A stretch of DNA of 64,000 nt from a virus. The position numbers and the translations under genes are program-made. Below, piece by piece: positions 25,826 through 35,193 of this stretch (position 1 is its first letter; the number at the start of each line of letters is the position of its first letter). The notes below the pieces were generated by a model. It made no database searches, was not told where the DNA came from, and saw only the letters and a list, made by a program, of their open reading frames with translations. Location of the stretch: IMG/VR virus record IMGVR_UViG_3300028826_000074; one strand, 5' to 3'.

Positions 25826-26731
25826 TTAGTCGATGTCCGCGATAGTTGCCTGCGCGGGCTTGGTCTCGGCGTCCAAGGCCTGCTGGAGCTTGCCCGGGAT
25901 CTTGTCGCGGTCCTGAAGCAACTGGCGGCACTCGCCCCAGTCGTCATCGTCCCAGTCGTTCAGGCGAGCTTTCGCCGTCTCTTGCTGGAACGCGACCTTC
26001 ATGAACTCAAGCCACGCGACAGGGCGCTGGTCCGGGGTGGGCCAGCCCTTCGCTCGGCACATGGAGCTCAGTGCTTGCAGGTGGGTCGCCACGACCGCCT
26101 CAGAGTGGTCGGAGGCCTCAGAGTCGACTCGCGGCGCGTAAGCGGGGTGCGAGCGAATCAGGGGCTCGAGGGCGTCCCACTGCTGTTGCAGCGACGCGGG
26201 CTGCTCGTTGACGTCGCGCTTGGGTGAGTAGAGGGGGTTGGCGTTGTTGCCGTCCACCTTGAACCAATTGACGTAAGTGACCTTGGAGAGCTTGCGCCCG
26301 TCCTTGACCACCGGGTCCTTGGACTGGGTGGCGGTGATCATCACCGCGTCGCCCTTCTTGAACTGGGTGAGGCCCCACGCGAACTTGACCGCGGAAACGG
26401 ATGGCTTCATAACCAACTGTCCCCGAGCGTCCGGGTCGCTGAGCCCGGCCTTGACGTGGATAACCCCTTCCTTAGTCAGGAAGTCCGCCTCGACTTGGCG
26501 GTACGGTTGGCCATCGCTCTTGCCAACTCCGTCGAAAATTCCGACGCGCTGGAGGATTCCGATAATCTTGTCCCGCTCGCCGTCGTACTTGCCGTCCTTC
26601 TCTTCGCCTCGCACGATCTTCCCGAAGGAAAAGCGCCACTGGCTCCCGCCGGTTACCTTTACGGCGTCTTCGTCGGGGAGCGCCGCGAGGGCGTTCTCAT
26701 TAAGCTCGGCTTGTGTCTCGTTGTCGATCAT
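25826..26731 (-). CDS. Hypothetical replication/recombination protein (possibly ssDNA-binding)
   Basis: 301 aa with beta-rich N-half and acidic C-terminus, near the primase. Confidence 0.4.
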   Translation of the reverse strand: MIDNETQAELNENALAALPDEDAVKVTGGSQWRFSFGKIVRGEEKDGKYDGERDKIIGILQRVGIFDGVGKSDGQPYRQVEADFLTKEGVIHVKAGLSDPDARGQLVMKPSVSAVKFAWGLTQFKKGDAVMITATQSKDPVVKDGRKLSKVTYVNWFKVDGNNANPLYSPKRDVNEQPASLQQQWDALEPLIRSHPAYAPRVDSEASDHSEAVVATHLQALSSMCRAKGWPTPDQRPVAWLEFMKVAFQQETAKARLNDWDDDDWGECRQLLQDRDKIPGKLQQALDAETKPAQATIADID

Positions 26732-26740
26732 GTGTGTCTC

Positions 26741-26932
26741 CTATGACTGGGTATTTAGCATGGCGTCGATCTCGCGCTTCCTATAACGCACGGACCCGCC
26801 GGGCAGAACGACGTGTGGGATCTTGCCGTCATTTCGCCATCGCCGCAGGGTTTCCCTGTTGATTTTGAGCATGAGGCAGACCTCGTTCGGCCGGTAAAGT
26901 TCGTTGTTGTTCGGATCGCTTGATCGAGCCAT
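26741..26932 (-). CDS. MerR-like/excisionase-type HTH regulator
   Basis: LYRPNEVCLMLKINRETLRRWRNDGKIPHVVLPGGSVRYRKREID. Confidence 0.8.
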   Translation of the reverse strand: MARSSDPNNNELYRPNEVCLMLKINRETLRRWRNDGKIPHVVLPGGSVRYRKREIDAMLNTQS

Positions 26933-26937
26933 GCCCT

Positions 26938-26989
26938 ACTGTATCACACTTTTCGCAGATTTTGCAATATGTGCGTTTTGTGGTAGTAT
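26938..26989. promoter_or_regulatory. Overlapping divergent promoters
   Basis: Palindromic TTGCAA at 26962-67; rightward extended -10 TGgTAGTAT (26981-89, 16 bp spacer); leftward -10 TACAGT (26943-38, 18 bp spacer). Confidence 0.5.
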
Positions 26990-27022
26990 GTGGCATGCCG
27001 AATTTCGAGCACAGGAGAATCA

Positions 27023-28141
27023 ATGCCCACATATCTAGTCATCGTTAATGGATCCGTCGCGGCGAGCGACACCGACTTCGAGAGAGCGAAAACCACGGCC
27101 CTGGCTGCCGCGGACAATGTGACCGGGGCAGCCATCGCGAAGGTCGTGGGGCAGTTCACCCCAGTGACTGAGCCGTTTGTGTTCACGAGCCTGGAGGGGC
27201 CGGAGCCAGCGCCAGCCGCTCCACCCAAAGGGAAGAAGAAGAGCGAGCAGGCAATCACTGTTGTCGAGCAGCGAGGGGTTGAAGAAGTAGCGACGCCGCT
27301 GGTCGAGGAAGAGCCCGAGGAAGAGCTCCAGCCGGTAGTGCTGTCGGATGACGAGATTGTTATCCCGAAGGCTCAAGTCGCGGCCGCCCTGGAAGCAGAG
27401 CCCAGCCAGGAGCAAACTCAGCGAGCCGACGAACCCGAGACAGTTGAGAGTGTATCCAATGGGTTTGACCCAGAGAAGTGGAAGGAGCGCTACCTCCACC
27501 TGTGGCTCCACCGGGTACCTAGCGACGCGTCCTACTGCCCTCGCTGTGGGGACGAGAACATCATGAAGACCACCATCCCACCGCTGGGCATGGATGGGGA
27601 CGGCAAGATCAAGATCTGCAACGTGGATGGGTGCCACGCGAGCGATGTTGCTCAGCGCACGATGTTCGGGCGCGAAGATCACCACCCAGATTCCGCAACA
27701 ATCTTCAGCGTCGCGATCAAGGAAGCACCCAAGCAGGTTGCACCGCCAGCGCCGGTGGTCCCAGTTAATGTGCCCGACGCAGAAGAAGTATCGTCGCAGA
27801 CAGACATTCTTGGAGTGCTGGTCGACAACCCTCCCGAGGAGTGGGCGGACGAGCTCATCACCAAGAAGGGCGGGGAGAGCGACGGCGGGCAGTGCAAGGC
27901 CCTGAACACCGCGCTAGCTGATGTTGGCTGGAGCGGGGATCTGCGCCACCCCGCGGTGCAGGTCATCCTGGACGACCCCTTCATCAAGTCTTTGAGCGAC
28001 CTCACTAAAGCTCAGGCTGACATCTGCCTCCAGTTCCTCGACAAGGCCCAGCCCCAGCACCTTGCGGCGGTCAAGAAGCGCATGGACAAGTGGGCCAAGG
28101 AAGCGAAGGCTGGCGGGATCGACGCGCAGGTGATCGACTAA
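27023..28141 (+). CDS. Hypothetical acidic multidomain protein with Zn-ribbon
   Basis: SD AGGAGA; CPRC..C..C motif; 372 aa. Confidence 0.6.
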   Translation: MPTYLVIVNGSVAASDTDFERAKTTALAAADNVTGAAIAKVVGQFTPVTEPFVFTSLEGPEPAPAAPPKGKKKSEQAITVVEQRGVEEVATPLVEEEPEEELQPVVLSDDEIVIPKAQVAAALEAEPSQEQTQRADEPETVESVSNGFDPEKWKERYLHLWLHRVPSDASYCPRCGDENIMKTTIPPLGMDGDGKIKICNVDGCHASDVAQRTMFGREDHHPDSATIFSVAIKEAPKQVAPPAPVVPVNVPDAEEVSSQTDILGVLVDNPPEEWADELITKKGGESDGGQCKALNTALADVGWSGDLRHPAVQVILDDPFIKSLSDLTKAQADICLQFLDKAQPQHLAAVKKRMDKWAKEAKAGGIDAQVID

Positions 28142-28341
28142 TGAACAGCTACCGAGAAATCGCTTGCAAGATGATGGAGGAGGAGAGCTGGGACTCGCTT
28201 CCTCAGAGCCTCAGGGCAACCATCGACTTGGCCGCCGCTCGCGTGAGGGCGTGCGGCGGTTATCTGCGCTCCCGACAAGTCATCGCTTGCTTGATAGCGC
28301 AATGGGAAGAGGCAGTATCAATCAGGGGGATGATTGAGTGA
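28141..28341 (+). CDS. Hypothetical protein
   Basis: TAATG coupling, 66 aa. Confidence 0.5.
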   Translation: MNSYREIACKMMEEESWDSLPQSLRATIDLAAARVRACGGYLRSRQVIACLIAQWEEAVSIRGMIE

Positions 28342-29777
28342 ACATTGGCGGCGAAATCCAGCGTAAGACGTTATCACCCTCCCAAACCAAGGCGGTGCTG
28401 GAGTGCCTTAACGCCGAGCCAGGGAAGGTGCTGTTCGTCACGGGCGAGGCCGGCACCGGCAAGTCCACCGTGCTCGCGGAGGTGCGCGACAAGATGTCCT
28501 GTCTCGTGTGCGCTCCCACGGGTCTCGCCGCCATCAACGTGCGCGGCATGAGCTGCCACAGCACCTTCAGGTTGCCGATAGGCACCATCACAGGGCGGGG
28601 CAAGGTCAACGCGCTCAACCCCGACAAGCGCCGCATGCTGGAGTCCATCAAGGCGGTCGTGATCGACGAGATCTCGATGGTGCGCGCGGACATGATGGAC
28701 GGCATCAACTGGGTCATGCAGAAGACCCTCATGAACGACCTCCCGTTCGGCGGGAAGCCCATCATCGTGATCGGCGACATGTTCCAACTCGAGCCGGTCG
28801 TCACGGATGAAGAGCGGGGCTGGATGGACTACAACTACCGGTCCCCGTTCTGGTTCGACGCGCAGGTGTTCAAGGTCTCCAAGCAGGAAGGCCTCTTTGG
28901 CGACGCTCCCGCGCCGGCCGAGATCCGGGTAGTGAAGCTCACGGAGGTGTTCCGGCAGAAGGACGAGGAGTTCATCGCGGCGCTCAACGCCGTGCGCGTG
29001 GGCGACCCGTCGGGGCTGGAGCTCTTGAACAAGCGAGTGATGATGCCGCCGGTGCGACCCAGCCCGGTGGCGCTCACCTACACCAATCGACACGCCGACA
29101 CCGTCAACCAGTCCCGGCTCGCGGCGCTCAAGTCCGACGCGATCGACTTCACCGCGGATGTGGATGGGGAGTTCAAGGCCAGCGAGTACCCGTGCGCGCA
29201 GGTGCTGAGCCTTAAGGCGGGCGCCCAGGTGATGATCACGCGCAACCTGATGAGCAACGATTTCAGCCAGGATTTCTCCATCGTGAGCGTCCCGGAGGAT
29301 CTGAGTGTGAATGAGCAGATGGTGGCCAACGGAAGCGTCGGCACCCTGATCGGGTTGTACCGCAAGGACATGCCGATTGTGGAGCTCAACGACGGGCGCG
29401 TGATCATCGTCTATCGCGCGCTGTGGGAAAAGATCCGGTACGTGTTCAACATCGAGGAGAACAAGCTCCAAGAGTCTATTGCGGGCACATTCACACAGTT
29501 CCCTATGAAGCTCGCGTGGGCCGTCACGACGCACAAGAGCCAGGGCCAGACGATGGACGCCGCGACACTCACCCTCGAGGGTCGCACATTCGCTCACGGG
29601 CAGCTCTACGTTGCTCTCAGCCGCGTGCGATCGATGGAGGGGCTCTATCTTCAGCGCAGGATCACCGCGAGCGACCTAATGGTCAATCCCCGCGTGATCG
29701 AGTTTATGGGTGAGGGCGCCCCCGCCGCCGTTGCCGACGCAGAGAAGGAGCGGGTTTACAAGGAGTGGGACAGTTGA
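28338..29777 (+). CDS. Pif1/RecD-like SF1B DNA helicase
   Basis: GEAGTGKST, APTGLAA, IDEISMV, GDMFQLEPV, LTEVFRQKD, LAWAVTTHKSQGQT, GQLYVALSR. Confidence 0.92.
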   Translation: MNIGGEIQRKTLSPSQTKAVLECLNAEPGKVLFVTGEAGTGKSTVLAEVRDKMSCLVCAPTGLAAINVRGMSCHSTFRLPIGTITGRGKVNALNPDKRRMLESIKAVVIDEISMVRADMMDGINWVMQKTLMNDLPFGGKPIIVIGDMFQLEPVVTDEERGWMDYNYRSPFWFDAQVFKVSKQEGLFGDAPAPAEIRVVKLTEVFRQKDEEFIAALNAVRVGDPSGLELLNKRVMMPPVRPSPVALTYTNRHADTVNQSRLAALKSDAIDFTADVDGEFKASEYPCAQVLSLKAGAQVMITRNLMSNDFSQDFSIVSVPEDLSVNEQMVANGSVGTLIGLYRKDMPIVELNDGRVIIVYRALWEKIRYVFNIEENKLQESIAGTFTQFPMKLAWAVTTHKSQGQTMDAATLTLEGRTFAHGQLYVALSRVRSMEGLYLQRRITASDLMVNPRVIEFMGEGAPAAVADAEKERVYKEWDS

Positions 29778-29862
29778 TCATCTACATCATTGCTGCGATC
29801 TGCCTGGCGATTTACGTCGCCAGCCGGGTCCTTGATCTCAAGAGAATCGGAGGTTGGTTTAA

Positions 29863-30087
29863 GTGAACGGATATGAAGTTTATCGATTTGGCTGCATGAA
29901 TTACGAGCGAGCCCTGGCGATGGGTGACAAGGAGGGCGCTGTTGACGCGTTAAGATCCGCTATAGGGAATTGCGATGATCCCTATGCCCTCGTCACGCTC
30001 AAGGGGCTAATGAAGTCAGCTCAGGAGGAGCTGCGCAGCGAGCGCAAGCCCTTCTCCGCGTGGCTGCTGAAGAGGGTCGGCGCATGA
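29863..30087 (+). CDS. Hypothetical protein
   Basis: 74 aa after the helicase. Confidence 0.45.
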   Translation: MNGYEVYRFGCMNYERALAMGDKEGAVDALRSAIGNCDDPYALVTLKGLMKSAQEELRSERKPFSAWLLKRVGA

Positions 30088-30551
30088 ATATCTTAGCGCT
30101 CAGGCTCAACCCAGAAGAGTCATCCCTCATGCTCGCGGCCGAGGGGCTCGATGAGTGGCAGAGGAAGCTGGTGCGCACGCAAGAGTGCCGCGCCATCAAG
30201 CGAGCCATGGACGAGGAGGACAAGCAACTCACCGGCGAGCTGAAGCTGCACCACGAGCAGACCGGCGAGATCGTGGAAACGGACGCGTTCAAGGCCTGCA
30301 TGGAGGGCGGCGGGTTCGACGTGTCGTACGACCAGGCGGGACTTGAGCTGGCGCTTGGCGACCTATTCCAGGAGTGTATGGAGCTCCCACCGCCGCCGAA
30401 GCCATTCTTCAACCCGGAGCGCCTGGACGCCCTCGTCAAGTTAGGGAAAGTGGACCAGGCGACCATCGATCGGTTCATCACCAAGACCCCTCGCGCGGGG
30501 CGATTGGTGATTAGGGAAAACAAGGAGGCTAAGGCTAAGCGCCGGGGTTAG
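30084..30551 (+). CDS. Hypothetical protein
   Basis: ATGA-coupled, 155 aa; 3' end overlaps the convergent gene by 17 bp. Confidence 0.55.
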   Translation: MNILALRLNPEESSLMLAAEGLDEWQRKLVRTQECRAIKRAMDEEDKQLTGELKLHHEQTGEIVETDAFKACMEGGGFDVSYDQAGLELALGDLFQECMELPPPPKPFFNPERLDALVKLGKVDQATIDRFITKTPRAGRLVIRENKEAKAKRRG

Positions 30552-31488
30552 TGATCACCCAGCGCTCCCCGTCGCGCCACTCGGCGCTGAACCCAGAGTT
30601 GCCGGCGAGTCCCCAGTAGGGCTTGCCGGCCATTTTATTGACGAGGTATCGCCAGGCCTCCGTGCGCTCGGGGTCGTTGTGCATGGCGTAGATTTCCAGC
30701 GGGAAGTAACTCGAGCCATAGTGCCCCGCCTGGGTGGCCAGGGCGAACGGAATGATCACCTGGTAACCTTGCCCCAGCAAGACGTCCACAATCTGCTTCT
30801 CGGAGTCCCTGCGCGTGTCTGACGGCCACATGTGACCAGTCTCGGTCGCGATGCGCGGGATAGCCTCGCCGGCTGGAGGGAAGTTCCACCACTGATCCTT
30901 CATGTAGGACTGAAAGAACCCCTCTTCCGCGCGGTGGTCGCAATACTGATGGCAATCCCGGACGTCCCCAACCAGCCCGCCCTGTTTCGCTGAGTTAGAC
31001 CCAAACACAAGAGCCGTCGGGATCAGTTGCCGGCAACAGTCCAGGCTGTCCTGGGTGGTGTTCCCGGGGTTCTCATTGTAGGGGCTGATGCCCACCACAT
31101 TGGCCAACCTGAGCTGAGACAGCCGGTCGAGCGCGCCATAGAAGTCGTCCGGGTACTGCGCGATGACCTCCGTCATGACAGGGATCCCTTTAGCCTCGCA
31201 CGCGTCCAGCAGCATCTGGAATCGCGGCAGGTGACTGGTGGGGTTGTCCTTCAGCGGCACCTCGATCTTGTGGGCTCGCCACACGCGACTGCCGAAATTG
31301 ATGATTTTGTTGACCCAGGCTTTGGCTTCCGTCATGGTGGCCGGCAGGTTGGCGTATCCGGTGGAGTTGTGCCCGGGGGCAGAGACTCTCTTGCCGGTCG
31401 CGTCCACGATGGACCCGTTGACGATGGACCAGGGGGCCGGGAATTTGGGATTAGTGCTGTAGTTGTGCTTTGTCGGGATCGGGAGCAT
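30535..31488 (-). CDS. Putative glycoside hydrolase (clan GH-A TIM-barrel-like)
   Basis: VWRAH, YNEN acid/base-like, DCHQY and IATETG nucleophile-like motifs in clan GH-A order. Confidence 0.5.
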   Translation of the reverse strand: MLPIPTKHNYSTNPKFPAPWSIVNGSIVDATGKRVSAPGHNSTGYANLPATMTEAKAWVNKIINFGSRVWRAHKIEVPLKDNPTSHLPRFQMLLDACEAKGIPVMTEVIAQYPDDFYGALDRLSQLRLANVVGISPYNENPGNTTQDSLDCCRQLIPTALVFGSNSAKQGGLVGDVRDCHQYCDHRAEEGFFQSYMKDQWWNFPPAGEAIPRIATETGHMWPSDTRRDSEKQIVDVLLGQGYQVIIPFALATQAGHYGSSYFPLEIYAMHNDPERTEAWRYLVNKMAGKPYWGLAGNSGFSAEWRDGERWVITNPGA

Positions 31489-31505
31489 GCCCTATTGTAC
31501 AGTGG

Positions 31506-31550
31506 AGCTGCGCCCCCTGGAGATATATATATCCCGGGGGCGCAGCTTTG
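31506..31550. terminator. Strong hairpin/terminator
   Basis: AGCTGCGCCCCC...GGGGGCGCAGCT 12 bp stem, (AT)n loop, T-rich tail on +. Confidence 0.6.
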
Positions 31551-31552
31551 TG

Positions 31553-32740
31553 TTAGGCGCTCAGGTCCTTGGTTGTGGCGGTCCGGTTAGACCCAGTCAT
31601 GGATATGATCATGGCGTCCAGGGTGTCGATCGGGTTCCTGAATGTGACGGTGCCAGTGCCCGCGCCAGAGGTCTTGCCGGCTAGCATAGCTCCAAACATT
31701 CGCATGGCTTGCAAAGCCGTGATTCCTGTGTGGACGACCACCGCCCAAACTGCAGCGGGGGTGGCGGCGATATCTGCGGCAATGCTAGCCCCGGCAGGAG
31801 CCCCAAGTCTTGCATACGCGTCGCCCGTTTGAGCGGTGCCCATGTTATCCCTGATCGCCTCTTGAGAATCCGTCGTCTCATCGAAGGTTCCAGAACCCGC
31901 GCCGGTTGCCCTGAGTTCGGTCCTGGCCGTCGTGTTGCCCGTCTGCTTGCCTGCAATGAGTCCAAGCCATTCTTTCAGCGACGTAATGCCAGAGAAGAGC
32001 GTGGAAGTGATCCTGCTCAACAGCGTCGTGACATCCGTTTGGAGAGTTGACAGCGACGAAGCCAGTGCCACTGCGCCCGCACTCAGGTTGTCGAGATATC
32101 CGGCCCTAGCCGATGATAGTCTCGAAAGAAGAGTTGTGACGCCTGAGGAATCGCTAGGAGCATTGGTCAGCGTAGTAGCTGTGTCGACAAGGGTGACCTG
32201 ATTCATCGTGCTCGTCGGGGTCGCGACGTTGAAGAACTTCTTGAATCCTGCCGCGAGGTAGCCAGCGGTCTCGGTGAGAGCTGTTCCTAGGATCTCGCCA
32301 AGGTTCGCGAGAGCCGCTCCCGTTGAGGAGACGGTTAAGGTTCTCGCAGCAGTAGCAGGTTGTAGCGCATAGTCGATCGTGACCTTATGGTTCAGTTGCG
32401 CCATGTTCGTGACGCCCTTGATCGTAAGGATCGCCGCCTTCCTCGCGTTAGCAGTCGAGAACCAATCGTTGTGATAGTGAATCTCGTAGACGCCGGGGTG
32501 ATTCGTCGCATCGAGTTCCTTGATCCTCAGATAAGCGTTAGAGGTAGGAGCCTGGTAGGTCCCCAGCGTCGTGATCGTCTCAAACGTTAAAGCAACCGAC
32601 GTTCCTCCTGGGTAGATGTAGCGACCCGCGAGACCGGAAGAACCTGATGTGATGCCCGTGAGACCTGCCCCGGTAGTCGAGGAGGAGTCTTGGATAAACA
32701 CATAATCGATATTGCTTGCTTGACCTATTGGTATGTTCAT
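31553..32740 (-). CDS. Tail fibre-associated structural protein
   Basis: Thr/Ala/Gly-rich 395 aa at the end of a tail gene run. Confidence 0.5.
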   Translation of the reverse strand: MNIPIGQASNIDYVFIQDSSSTTGAGLTGITSGSSGLAGRYIYPGGTSVALTFETITTLGTYQAPTSNAYLRIKELDATNHPGVYEIHYHNDWFSTANARKAAILTIKGVTNMAQLNHKVTIDYALQPATAARTLTVSSTGAALANLGEILGTALTETAGYLAAGFKKFFNVATPTSTMNQVTLVDTATTLTNAPSDSSGVTTLLSRLSSARAGYLDNLSAGAVALASSLSTLQTDVTTLLSRITSTLFSGITSLKEWLGLIAGKQTGNTTARTELRATGAGSGTFDETTDSQEAIRDNMGTAQTGDAYARLGAPAGASIAADIAATPAAVWAVVVHTGITALQAMRMFGAMLAGKTSGAGTGTVTFRNPIDTLDAMIISMTGSNRTATTKDLSA

Positions 32741-33825
32741 CTTGGGAAACCTCCGTTCATGCCGCGCTGGCAAAGGATGCTTGCGGAGCCGCCGCCTGAA
32801 TCTTTAGGGGAAACTAGGATATTGAGATCTGGGATATGATCGTCCGACGACCAAGACACCGTTGATCTGGTGGAGGAGTAGGAACCTTGCATGGGGCCGA
32901 GAATCGTCCCAGGTGTCAACTGCCTAGCGAATGCCGTTTGTATTCGATAGTAGTTAGAGCCGTCGCCAGCCGTTGCGCCACTAGGCAATATGCCGATGTA
33001 ATAATCAGTCCCCGGTGTTAGTTCATAAGGCGTATTCCAGAACGCTCCGCCACCTGCCCACATTGCGCCATATTTGAACTTAGTATCGCTTGTTGATAGC
33101 GACGCAGATGAGCTGCATATCTCAGCCAGCATGTCATGAGTAGGCGAGCCTACTGCCGCCCACTTACCAACCTGGACGCCATGAACATAAAGGTTAGTTG
33201 CGACATTGATCTTAACAGCGAGTCTCGCGACCCTAGAGCCCGAAGTATTGTAAAGCTTGATTGAAGAATTAGTGACCGGAAGCGAGGAGAGGATAACGCC
33301 AACATCAGTCGGTCCTGTGTTATAGGTGAGGATAATTGGAACCCCGCCCGACCTTGTGAAGTACCCCCATGAGGTACCAGAGTCGGACGTCCCTTGCAGT
33401 GCCCCTCCAGAATATAGAGCAGAGTTCGCCGAATACTGCAAGCGGAAATAGTTTGATGCTGGAGTGGCGTGTGAGTTACGAATTACAAGCACGTAGGCAG
33501 TGCCAGCAGTTAGAGCATAGCCAGCCCCGAAAGTAACCGTGACCATCGCTGATGATGGCGTTGCCGTTCCAGATGCTAAGGAAGAACCTGTCTTGAAGCC
33601 GTTCGCGTCCACTGCGTACAAATCAACCGCGCACGTGCCACCTGATCCCACTATTAAAGGGCAATAGAATTTGATGCCATTAAGCGTGTCTGTTCTTTCA
33701 GCCACGAAAGCAAACGCGTACTGGGTCGCTGCAGTATTGACAGTGATATTGCTGTCAATCATCGCGTTGCCTAGGTAGAACGTCGAGTTCTCTCCCGAGG
33801 GCGCGTTGAAAAACGGGTTTGACAT
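32737..33825 (-). CDS. Tail fibre/receptor-binding-like protein
   Basis: Two tandem beta-sandwich-like halves (LTAGTAYVLVI; LTPGTDYYIGI), lower GC than neighbours. Confidence 0.5.
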   Translation of the reverse strand: MSNPFFNAPSGENSTFYLGNAMIDSNITVNTAATQYAFAFVAERTDTLNGIKFYCPLIVGSGGTCAVDLYAVDANGFKTGSSLASGTATPSSAMVTVTFGAGYALTAGTAYVLVIRNSHATPASNYFRLQYSANSALYSGGALQGTSDSGTSWGYFTRSGGVPIILTYNTGPTDVGVILSSLPVTNSSIKLYNTSGSRVARLAVKINVATNLYVHGVQVGKWAAVGSPTHDMLAEICSSSASLSTSDTKFKYGAMWAGGGAFWNTPYELTPGTDYYIGILPSGATAGDGSNYYRIQTAFARQLTPGTILGPMQGSYSSTRSTVSWSSDDHIPDLNILVSPKDSGGGSASILCQRGMNGGFPR

Positions 33826-34421
33826 TAGGGAGTAATCACCTGTGCCGCTTCTTCGAGCGCGAGGACTCCGCTTGCGACTCCAAGCGTCTGATCGAGCTTG
33901 CTAGGCATGATGATTCTCGCAACCCATGACGGATCAGGCTTAGTAAGAAGAGAATCGACCGTCTCTTGAGGTACTCGCCACTTGCCCACTAAAAGAGTCG
34001 TGATCGCCTTGGAATCATCGAGCGTTAGGTCGATATCGTCCGCCGTGAATTGCGACTTGTAGAGCCTGTATGCTCCTGCTCCAACTTGGTTAGCCGCCGC
34101 ATCTCCATCGAACGCTAGAGCCTCCTTGGTGATGACTGCGCCCAGCATCTTCCCGTCTGGAAGGACGAGCTTGTCGAGCTTGAACCATAGAGCCCTTGGG
34201 CTAACGGTGGTGATTGGGATCATGCCCTGAGGATCGGGATTGTCCGTTTCGTAAGGCTTGCTTACCGCTTCCACGAACGCAAGAGGATCGGTGATGTCCT
34301 TGAGCGTTGGATCGCTATTGCGGAGGTCCTTAAGCTGCTGTATCTGCTCAGCAGAGAGCGAGACAGAGGACGCCACCGCGTCGATGACGAAGCCGAGCCT
34401 TTCAGGTGTAGCGATTAGCAT
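33825..34421 (-). CDS. Hypothetical tail-associated protein
   Basis: 198 aa, TAATG coupling. Confidence 0.5.
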   Translation of the reverse strand: MLIATPERLGFVIDAVASSVSLSAEQIQQLKDLRNSDPTLKDITDPLAFVEAVSKPYETDNPDPQGMIPITTVSPRALWFKLDKLVLPDGKMLGAVITKEALAFDGDAAANQVGAGAYRLYKSQFTADDIDLTLDDSKAITTLLVGKWRVPQETVDSLLTKPDPSWVARIIMPSKLDQTLGVASGVLALEEAAQVITP

Positions 34422-34622
34422 TTATTTCCTCCGTTGCCAGAACCAATGCCCTAGCACAAAAAACGAGACGGCGGCGATAGCGATGGGAGCCTTTTCGAGT
34501 CCGTACCAGACGCCTTCAGAGAGGGTCTCTCCCTTTAGGAACAGGAGCGCGTACGCCTCATAGCCGAGGGCAAGGGCGAGCAGAACGCTCCAGACCCGGA
34601 GCGCGACCTTGGGTTTCTTCAT
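34422..34622 (-). CDS. Small 2-TM membrane protein
   Basis: 66 aa, two hydrophobic helices. Confidence 0.55.
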   Translation of the reverse strand: MKKPKVALRVWSVLLALALGYEAYALLFLKGETLSEGVWYGLEKAPIAIAAVSFFVLGHWFWQRRK

Positions 34623-34646
34623 GGGTTCCTTTAAGCGGCAAACTGG

Positions 34647-34676
34647 AAAGGCCCCTGCGGATTGCAGAGGCCTTCA
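34647..34676 (-). terminator. Hairpin terminator
   Basis: AAGGCCTCTGC-AATCC-GCAGGGGCCTT; similar to the phage B terminator at 51473-51500. Confidence 0.5.
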
Positions 34677-34698
34677 GCCATGAACCGGATCGCCTTGA

Positions 34699-35193
34699 TT
34701 AGGTGATCTGCACCGTCATCGTGAGAGCGTCGCCAGCTGCCTTGTTGATGGCGCTGAAGATCGTGTGATTGAGCAATGTGCCAGACGAGTTGGCGTCTAA
34801 CATGCCGACCTCGGTGATCGCGCCCGTGCCAGTACCAGCCGCATAAGTGGTCTGGAATTGGAGCGTGTGAGCATCCGGGTTGGTCGGAGTGATAGCCGTG
34901 GTTCTTGCGACTTCCGTCTGCAATGCGGTATCCGATGCAGACGCCGCCGTCGTGCCCGTGCCGATCGCCATGCGAGAGAAGTCGGCGACCTTGTTCGCGC
35001 CGGTGTACAAGAGGAGCTTGTCTTTGCCGGCCGTCGTGATTAGGTTGTGGACCTCGCGCCGATCCTTGAGCTGCCCATCGGGACCGAATAGTTCGGCAAT
35101 GACGTTGACCTTATACCGGACGACTTCATCGTCTTTGAGCTTGCGCCCTGCGATGGCAGCGGCGAGCATGCCGAGCCGTTCTTTAGCTTTCAT
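34699..35193 (-). CDS. Phage B tail/baseplate-like structural protein
   Basis: ITTAGK..MAIGTGTTAASASDTALQTE..ITEVGMLDA motif typical of tail-fibre/baseplate N-domains; SD CAGGAG. Confidence 0.6.
   Translation of the reverse strand: MKAKERLGMLAAAIAGRKLKDDEVVRYKVNVIAELFGPDGQLKDRREVHNLITTAGKDKLLLYTGANKVADFSRMAIGTGTTAASASDTALQTEVARTTAITPTNPDAHTLQFQTTYAAGTGTGAITEVGMLDANSSGTLLNHTIFSAINKAAGDALTMTVQIT

Noticed and set aside
28374-29597. Long antisense ORFs (this one; also 8276..9496, 49726..50574, 43863..44642, 22976..23635, 8..718)
   Set aside because: Shadow ORFs opposite well-supported genes, expected in GC-rich DNA with strong GC3 bias; no protein motifs
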